A stretch of 64,000 nt of DNA from an uncultured Acidobacteriota bacterium (GTDB lineage: Bacteria; Acidobacteriota; Terriglobia; Terriglobales; Acidobacteriaceae). The stretch is taken from the NCBI GenBank assembly GCA_963759395.1, contig CAVWZH010000018.1, forward strand, positions 94,456 to 158,455. Reading direction: 5' to 3'. Of this stretch, positions 58,189 to 64,000 are shown piece by piece. Under the pieces are notes generated by a model, which saw only the letters and a list, made by a program, of their open reading frames with translations, made no database searches and was not told where the DNA came from. How positions within the stretch are numbered: the stretch's first letter is position 1; each line of letters starts with the position of its first letter. The translations under genes were made by a program, and so were the position numbers.

Positions 58189-59343
58189 TCAATTGGGCTC
58201 AGCCCTCGCGCCATCGGCCGCCGAACAGATGTAAACATCGGGTCTGATCCCAGTTGCTTGATGATAGCGAGCGCCAATTTGATCGGCAAACGCGTCGGCA
58301 TACGTTGCCTCCACCAGATTTATCGTGGAACCACCAAACCCGCCTCCGGTCATGCGCCCGCCGTAGTAGCCGGGAATACCTTCGGCGGCCTCGACCATGA
58401 TGTCAAGCTCGCGGCAACTTACTTCGTACAGGTCGCGAAGACTGCGGTGCGATTCTCGCATCAGTTTTCCGAAGCCATTCAAATCGCCAGCACCCAGGTA
58501 GTGAGCGCCCTCGCGCACCCGTTCATTTTCCTCCACCACATGGCGGCAGCGCTTGAAGATGGTCGCGGGAACGTCATTCGAGCGCTGAGCCAGCTGATCG
58601 ATCGAAAGATCGCGCAAAGCGCGAATCTCGGGGTACCACTTCGCCAGGATTTTCACACCTTCTTCGCACTGCTCACGACGCCGGTTGTACTCTCCGCTGG
58701 CGTGTTCATGCTTCACCATGGTGTTGCAGACTACCATCCGTACTTTATGAGGAATGGGAATCAGCTCGAAATCAAGCGAACGGCAGTCAAGCAACAGTGC
58801 ATGTCCTGCCTTTCCAAGGCACGAAACAAACTGATCCATAATGCCCACGCGAGCGCCGATAAATTCGTTCTCCGTATACCGGCAAAGCATTGCCATCTCG
58901 ACCGGATCCAAAGTTCCGCCCGCAAGGCTGATCAGGGCCAGCGCACTGGCGACTTCAATGGCCGCCGAAGAACTGAGTCCGGCACCTATCGGGACTTCGC
59001 TTTCTACGAATAGACTTGCTCCCTGTAGAGCGTATCCCTTCTGTTGCAAAACAACGGCGACACCCAGCACGTAGTCACACCAGGCTCCAGTGGCGCGTTG
59101 CGGCAGATCGTTCAAATCAAATTCGAAGATCTGGGGAAACTCTCGGGACTTAATCAACAGCGTGGGTTCGGGACGAGGCGAGATGGCCACGCGAGTGCGC
59201 AGACCGATTGCACTCGGCATGACGAAACCCTCATTGTAGTCGGTGTGCTCGCCAATCAAATTGACGCGACCGGGCGCGCTGAAAATGGAAGACCGTACCA
59301 CAGAGGGTCTGGCGAATTGCTGGGCCAAGTCTCTCAATTCCAT
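58189..59343 (-). CDS. galK: galactokinase
   Basis: 384 aa with the galactokinase signature GRVNLIGEHTDY and GHMP kinase motif PIGAGLSSSAA. Confidence 0.92.
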   Translation of the reverse strand: MELRDLAQQFARPSVVRSSIFSAPGRVNLIGEHTDYNEGFVMPSAIGLRTRVAISPRPEPTLLIKSREFPQIFEFDLNDLPQRATGAWCDYVLGVAVVLQQKGYALQGASLFVESEVPIGAGLSSSAAIEVASALALISLAGGTLDPVEMAMLCRYTENEFIGARVGIMDQFVSCLGKAGHALLLDCRSLDFELIPIPHKVRMVVCNTMVKHEHASGEYNRRREQCEEGVKILAKWYPEIRALRDLSIDQLAQRSNDVPATIFKRCRHVVEENERVREGAHYLGAGDLNGFGKLMRESHRSLRDLYEVSCRELDIMVEAAEGIPGYYGGRMTGGGFGGSTINLVEATYADAFADQIGARYHQATGIRPDVYICSAADGARAEPN

Positions 59344-59424
59344 TGGTTGTCCCGACGCAAAAATCGCACGATCGCCTGCAACTATGCAGCGCCCTGGCGC
59401 TATGCCAAGCTACCGAATCTGCGA

Positions 59425-60420
59425 TCACTTACCGCCACCGCTTTCAAGCGCCAAATCTTCGGCGACGTTCGTATCGGTATCCTCAAGCTCGGCAATTAAT
59501 CCTGCATCGGTTAAGTCGAGAGGGCGTGAGTTCTCCCAATCCTGATGCACGACGGCATGGAGGCGATCCATGACTTCCTTGTCGCGAACTTCGATGGCAA
59601 GTTCGCGGCGGCTGTCGAAGCTGCCGGGCGCAAGATTAATCGAGCCAATGATGGCCCGCGCGGAGTCGGCAAAGAGCAGCTTGGCGTGCAACTTCAGGCC
59701 CTTGAGCTTGTGCACCTTAATTCCGACATCGTCCATGATGCGCATGCCGCCGACGGCTTCCACCAGTTTCTCTTTCTTCAGCTTGTGGGGAGGCCGCGCC
59801 AAGGCGTGCACTTTGACTCCGCGACGCTTGGCCCTCACCAGCCTTTCGATGATGACCGGATCCTGGTAGCGTTCGTTCTGTACCCACAGGGTATGTTTCG
59901 CATCATCGATAAACTGCCCGATCCGTTGCCGGCCATTGCCGATGCACCAGATCAAGTGGGACTGTTCACCAGGGTTAAAGGCTTGCCGGCTCCAATCGGC
60001 CTCGAAACCCTCGATGACTTCACTTACTTCGTGGGAATGCGAAGTGACAACGGCGTAGTCCCGGGTTTCGGTGAGATTTTTTATCTCCCAGTTCAGCGAC
60101 TGGATGAAGGCAATCTTATCGTCAACCACCATCGACTTTTCGTGGGTGACATCGAAGGCAGGATTGCTGTCCATGACGTCGATCCCGGCGTCGGTCAGGA
60201 GTTTGCGCGACTCGTCATTTTCCTTTTCTCCGCTCCGCCGCGTGGGATTCAGCATGATTCGCACATTCACTCCCCGGTGATGCGCCGCGATCACTGCCTG
60301 CAAAAGATGGGGGTGGGAGAAAACGAACATCTTGATGCGCAGGGACTTCTCGGCATGTTTAATCGCATCGAGTATCGGCTGCGCAGAATCGTCTGGCAGG
60401 ACCACCAGATAACGGGACAT
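59425..60420 (-). CDS. phospholipase D-like protein with two HKD motifs (no signal peptide or TM segment)
   Basis: HEKSMVVDD and HAKLLFADS...GSINL motifs in a 331-aa protein. Confidence 0.8.
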   Translation of the reverse strand: MSRYLVVLPDDSAQPILDAIKHAEKSLRIKMFVFSHPHLLQAVIAAHHRGVNVRIMLNPTRRSGEKENDESRKLLTDAGIDVMDSNPAFDVTHEKSMVVDDKIAFIQSLNWEIKNLTETRDYAVVTSHSHEVSEVIEGFEADWSRQAFNPGEQSHLIWCIGNGRQRIGQFIDDAKHTLWVQNERYQDPVIIERLVRAKRRGVKVHALARPPHKLKKEKLVEAVGGMRIMDDVGIKVHKLKGLKLHAKLLFADSARAIIGSINLAPGSFDSRRELAIEVRDKEVMDRLHAVVHQDWENSRPLDLTDAGLIAELEDTDTNVAEDLALESGGGK

Positions 60421-60467
60421 GTTGCATTCCTCGGAAACTGCCGCCCTTGCCAGCAGCGAGCGAAGCC

Positions 60468-62258
60468 CTATGATGAAGCCTTCGACGACGCCTCGTCAAA
60501 CTGGGTGCGGTGGAGCTCAGCGTAAATTCTGTTCAGCACCATGAGTTCGTCATGCGTTCCGCTCTCCGCGACCACCCCACCGCTGATCACGATGATCTTG
60601 TCGGCGTCACGGATCGTGCTCAAGCGATGGGCGATCGTGACCACCGTCCGCCCCTTCATCAGGCGTTCCAGGGCCTCGATTACCAGCTTTTCGGATTCGC
60701 TATCGAGAGCTGCGGTCGGCTCGTCCAGCAGCAGGATGGGACTATTGCGCACCATGACACGCGCGATCCCAATCCTTTGGCGCTGCCCCCCGGAAAGGGT
60801 TGAACCGCGCTCCCCTACCATAGTGTCATAACCCTTCGGCATGCGCGCGATGAAATCATCGGCATTGGCGAGCCTGGCCGCCTCGACGATCTCCTCTCGG
60901 GTCGCACTCGGCCGGCCAAACGCGATGTTCTCCAGGATCGTTCCACGGAACAACACTGTATCTTGCAGAACATATCCGATCTGGTCGCGCAATGAACTGA
61001 TCTTGTAATCACGAACGTCGCGGCCGTCGATTTTGACCACTCCGCTGGTGGGGTCGTAGAAGCGCGGGATCATGCTGACCACCGTGGATTTCCCGCCGCC
61101 GGTCGGGCCGACGATGCCAACCAGTTGCCCCGGCTGAATTCGGAAAGACACATCCTTGAGCACGGGAGCGTCGTCACTATAGCGAAACGCGACCTTGTCG
61201 AAGACGATGTCGCCCTTGAGGAATCTGGCTTCTATCGCGTCCGGGCGCTCGGGCAGGATGGCGTCTGTATCAAGAATTGCACGCACCCGATCGACTCCGA
61301 CGGCGGCCTGGGCGATTGCATTGGTGGTAGTGGCCAGGTCTTTCACTGGCTTGAAGAACTTGGTGAGGTAAGAAAGATAAACGGTCAGGGCTCCGACCGT
61401 CATCGCGCCCATCAGGATAAGTGCCGCCCCACGCCACAAAACCACGGCTGTGCACAGGGCAACCGTGATGGCAACGATAGGCGAAAGCAGCGATTTGACT
61501 TTGCGGGCAGCCAGGGCCGCGCTGACTGTGGCATGGCTGACTTCGCTCAGGGCCTGCTGCTCCAGATCCTGGCGTCCGAAAGCTTTGATCACTTGCATCG
61601 ATTCCAAACCCTGCTGGACCACAGCCACGATCTCGGCTTGTTCGTTGCGGACCCGATGCGTCGCCTTCTTCACCGCCTTCTTGAAGCGGGAAATAAAAAA
61701 AAGCAGAAAGGGCGTTACGGCCAGCGCGATCAGGGTGAAATCCCAGTTCAGCCAAAACATGAGACCCAGCATCGACACGATGGTGAGCAGATCGATCAGG
61801 ATATCGAGCGTAGACGAGGAGGCGAAGCCCTGGATGGTCTGGATATCCGCGGTAATCGTGCTAAGGAGAACGCCCGTCTGGTGAGTGCCGTAGTAGCCGA
61901 GCGAGAGCTTCTGCAGATGATGATAGGTCCGCATGCGTAGATCGTGCGCCACCCACTGGCCAACGCTTTCGGTATAGTAATTGTCGATGTAGCTCGCCAC
62001 TGCGCCCAGAACAGCGATCAACACGAAAGCCAACGCCGCGAGAGCGGCGACATGCATCTTGTTGCCATGCTCCAGCATTGGCCTGAGGACTTCGTCCAGC
62101 ACATGGGGGAGTTTGTGGCTGCCGACTACATTGTCAATGATGATCTTCAACGGCCAGGGACTCGCCAGACTCATCGCCGTTTCTACCAGCATAGCGAGGA
62201 GAATGATCAGCAGAGTGCCCCGGTAGGGGCGAATCAATTCGCGGATCAGGCGCATCAT
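60468..62258 (-). CDS. ABC transporter permease/ATP-binding fusion protein (MsbA-like exporter)
   Basis: 596 aa with a 6-TM N-domain, Walker A (GPTGGGKST), signature (LSGGQRQR) and Walker B (ILLLDEPT). Confidence 0.9.
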   Translation of the reverse strand: MMRLIRELIRPYRGTLLIILLAMLVETAMSLASPWPLKIIIDNVVGSHKLPHVLDEVLRPMLEHGNKMHVAALAALAFVLIAVLGAVASYIDNYYTESVGQWVAHDLRMRTYHHLQKLSLGYYGTHQTGVLLSTITADIQTIQGFASSSTLDILIDLLTIVSMLGLMFWLNWDFTLIALAVTPFLLFFISRFKKAVKKATHRVRNEQAEIVAVVQQGLESMQVIKAFGRQDLEQQALSEVSHATVSAALAARKVKSLLSPIVAITVALCTAVVLWRGAALILMGAMTVGALTVYLSYLTKFFKPVKDLATTTNAIAQAAVGVDRVRAILDTDAILPERPDAIEARFLKGDIVFDKVAFRYSDDAPVLKDVSFRIQPGQLVGIVGPTGGGKSTVVSMIPRFYDPTSGVVKIDGRDVRDYKISSLRDQIGYVLQDTVLFRGTILENIAFGRPSATREEIVEAARLANADDFIARMPKGYDTMVGERGSTLSGGQRQRIGIARVMVRNSPILLLDEPTAALDSESEKLVIEALERLMKGRTVVTIAHRLSTIRDADKIIVISGGVVAESGTHDELMVLNRIYAELHRTQFDEASSKASS

Positions 62259-62571
62259 TCGGTCGTTTCTCCCGGAGAGCCCATTCCCACTGAAATCTTA
62301 GCGCGTAAAAACTCGGCCCTCAGCCCCTCAAGGGATGGCTCCGCTGAGTATCGGGCCATTTTTTCATGGAATTTCGCTACTTTACAGAAGACTCCCGAAT
62401 TCGGTAGTTGAAGAATCGCCTCGTCTTTCAGTAGCTTGTAAATGGGTTCGTCAAGAGCGGGAATAGAAGACGAGATGTGAGTGACCAGACGCAGTCGGTT
62501 CCCATCTCCTATCGCTTTGAATATCGCACCAGCCCCCCGCAGACGACTGCCGGGGTAGTAAGGAAAATAAA

Positions 62572-63432
62572 ATGAGCAGGAACTCTTTGCGGCGGTTGGT
62601 ATGGTTCTCGATTTCGGCAAGCTGTGTTCTCTTGTTCGCACTCTCATTTACTATTGGCAGCTACGCCGAGGCGCCTGATGAAACTGCGTGGAAGATCCTG
62701 GAAAGCGGCGTGCAACAGCACAAAACCGGAGAAAGAATAACAGCAGTACGTGTCCTAAGTCTTGTGACGCTGAACCCACATGCCATCCAGCTTGCCGAAA
62801 GCGCGCTTGGCGATCCAAGTCCCGACGTGCGCGTGGCGGCTGCCACGGCCCTAGGTCAAATGGAGTCCTCCGCCTCAGTACCTAAGCTGAAGGGGGCACT
62901 CAATGATAAGGATCTGCACGTCGTGATGGCGGCAGCCCACGCGTTGTCCCAGCTGAAAGATCCAGCCTGCTACGAGGTGTACTACGCCATCCTCACAGGC
63001 GAGCGCAGGGACAAAGAGGGCCTCATAGCCGGGCAGATGGAGGTGCTCCACGACCCGAAGCAACTGGCCGAGATGGGATTCAATGAAGGGATCGGCTACG
63101 TGCCGTTCGCCGGTATCCCGTGGGATGCCTTGGAAGCGATTCTGAAGAACCGCAAAAATAGTGCTGCAGCGAAGGCCGGTGTCATTGCCGCCCTGGCGAG
63201 TGATCCTGATGCTCGTACTGCTGACGCCCTCGTCGCCGCCACCCAAAACGAGAACTGGGTTATACGGGTGGCAGCGCTCGAGGCCATCGCCAAGCGCGGC
63301 GATCCCGCTCTCATGCCAAAGATTCAGAAATCACTCGACGATTCAAGAGATGAAGTGAAATATACGGGGGCGGCGGTGATTGTCCATCTCGGGACGCTCT
63401 CCAGGACCCACGAGAGCGGTGTTCACAATTAA
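62572..63432 (+). CDS. secreted HEAT-repeat protein
   Basis: Signal peptide, then repeated DPxxxVRxAAxxALGxxxD units (PDVRVAAATALGQMES, LHVVMAAAHALSQLKD, NWVIRVAALEAIAKRGD). Confidence 0.7.
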   Translation: MSRNSLRRLVWFSISASCVLLFALSFTIGSYAEAPDETAWKILESGVQQHKTGERITAVRVLSLVTLNPHAIQLAESALGDPSPDVRVAAATALGQMESSASVPKLKGALNDKDLHVVMAAAHALSQLKDPACYEVYYAILTGERRDKEGLIAGQMEVLHDPKQLAEMGFNEGIGYVPFAGIPWDALEAILKNRKNSAAAKAGVIAALASDPDARTADALVAATQNENWVIRVAALEAIAKRGDPALMPKIQKSLDDSRDEVKYTGAAVIVHLGTLSRTHESGVHN

Positions 63433-63529
63433 GAGGCCGGCTGCGGCCCGAGGCCGGGGTCAGCGGCAGAAACGTCGCAGCAAACGGTTCAGCAGAAACG
63501 GCAATTAGCCCCGATCTCGTCCAAACGTG

Positions 63530-64000
63530 TCACTTGATGTCTCCCGGCAACGAGGCTTGCACAATCTGCACTTGCTGTCCGGAAACAATTGAGTCTGGCG
63601 GGTTGACGATGACTTTGTCGTCGGCCGTGATGCCCGAAACGATTTCTATCTGCTCGCCGAAGTCGTGCCCAGGGGTGACATTGGCGAGCACGACTTTTCC
63701 GTCGCGTACGATGCCGACGCGCAAGCCATGCGATCGAAATATCAGGGTATTGACGGGAAGAAGATATGTCGAAGCATCGGTTGGAACCGCCAGATGAACT
63801 TCAGCATACGAGCCCGTAAGCAAAGTGCCGGTCGGATTGGCTACATCGATTTCAATCAGCAAGGTGCGCGTGCTTACGTTAATCGCTTCCGCGGTGCGCA
63901 CCAACTTTCCCTGGAACCTGCGACCGGGAAACTCAGCCAGATTGAGATCGGCAGTCATTCCCACCTTGACGTTCTGCGAGTATTCCTCGGGGACGTTGAC
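63530..64000 (-). CDS. efflux RND transporter periplasmic adaptor subunit, C-terminal part (partial, continues beyond window end)
   Basis: Frame open to position 64000. The sequence (...RFQGKLVRTAEAINVSTRTLLIEIDVANP...LLPVNTLIF...V) is typical of the MFP beta-barrel/MP domains. Confidence 0.75.
   Translation of the reverse strand, partial: VNVPEEYSQNVKVGMTADLNLAEFPGRRFQGKLVRTAEAINVSTRTLLIEIDVANPTGTLLTGSYAEVHLAVPTDASTYLLPVNTLIFRSHGLRVGIVRDGKVVLANVTPGHDFGEQIEIVSGITADDKVIVNPPDSIVSGQQVQIVQASLPGDIK

Noticed and set aside
59425-62258. PLD-like two-HKD protein next to an ABC exporter as a possible defence or toxin module.
   Set aside because: Both are common housekeeping-type families. There are no partner genes (nuclease, helicase, methylase, immunity protein), no mobile-element context and no atypical composition, so there is nothing beyond adjacency.
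62255-62647. 130-aa minus-strand ORF upstream of the ABC exporter, with a segment (AIFKAIGDGNRLRLV) faintly reminiscent of ArsR-type HTH proteins.
   Set aside because: The only canonical start (ATG 62647) overlaps the well-supported HEAT-protein gene by 76 bp. There is no internal ATG/GTG/TTG before the last 34 codons. Third-position GC is low, and the resemblance does not extend beyond one short segment.

Overview
This is a GC-rich bacterial chromosomal segment. Gene content and intergenic repeat families suggest Acidobacteriota (inference only). It is almost entirely housekeeping and catabolic genes. I found no rRNA, tRNA, CRISPR array, IS/transposase, integrase or prophage genes, and no recognisable defence or toxin system.

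Layout:
- 1-4.1 kb: trpA end, chorismate mutase, DAHP synthase, tyrA, scoAB.
- 4.1-10.1 kb: secreted beta-carbonic anhydrase, M28 peptidase, TlpA-like redoxin, mutY, rlpA, cytochrome P460-like protein.
- 10.2-18.6 kb, minus strand: distal half of the dcw cluster (ftsW-murG-murC-[143-aa hypothetical]-ftsQ-ftsA-ftsZ).
- 18.8-20.8 kb: galE-galT.
- 22.2-27.2 kb: OmpR-type regulator, histidine kinase, putative porin and amicyanin-like cupredoxin in one operon.
- 27.6-33.4 kb: TetR-controlled methyl-amine/betaine-like catabolic cluster.
- 33.4-36.9 kb: secreted hydrolases.
- 37.0-43.9 kb: two GMC-oxidoreductase/Tat-small-subunit pairs interleaved with Tat-signal TIM-barrel enzymes.
- 45.9-56.1 kb, plus strand: proximal half of dcw (mraZ-rsmH-ftsL-ftsI-murE-murF-mraY-murD).
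- 56.1-64 kb: SSS symporter-galK, PLD-like protein, ABC exporter, HEAT protein, RND adaptor fragment.

Most notable observations:
1. One ~37.5-kb inversion would re-join both the split dcw cluster and a split gal locus.
2. Degenerate heptanucleotide tandem repeats, often forming hairpins, fill the stop-to-start spacers inside operons.
3. 11-bp-phased TGACAA boxes followed by an orphan strong terminator lie downstream of the two-component operon, suggesting a candidate regulated sRNA.
4. At least seven conserved genes are split by single-nucleotide frameshifts, most simply explained by assembly indel errors.

I could not identify a clear novel multi-gene system. The candidates are listed with modest interest scores.
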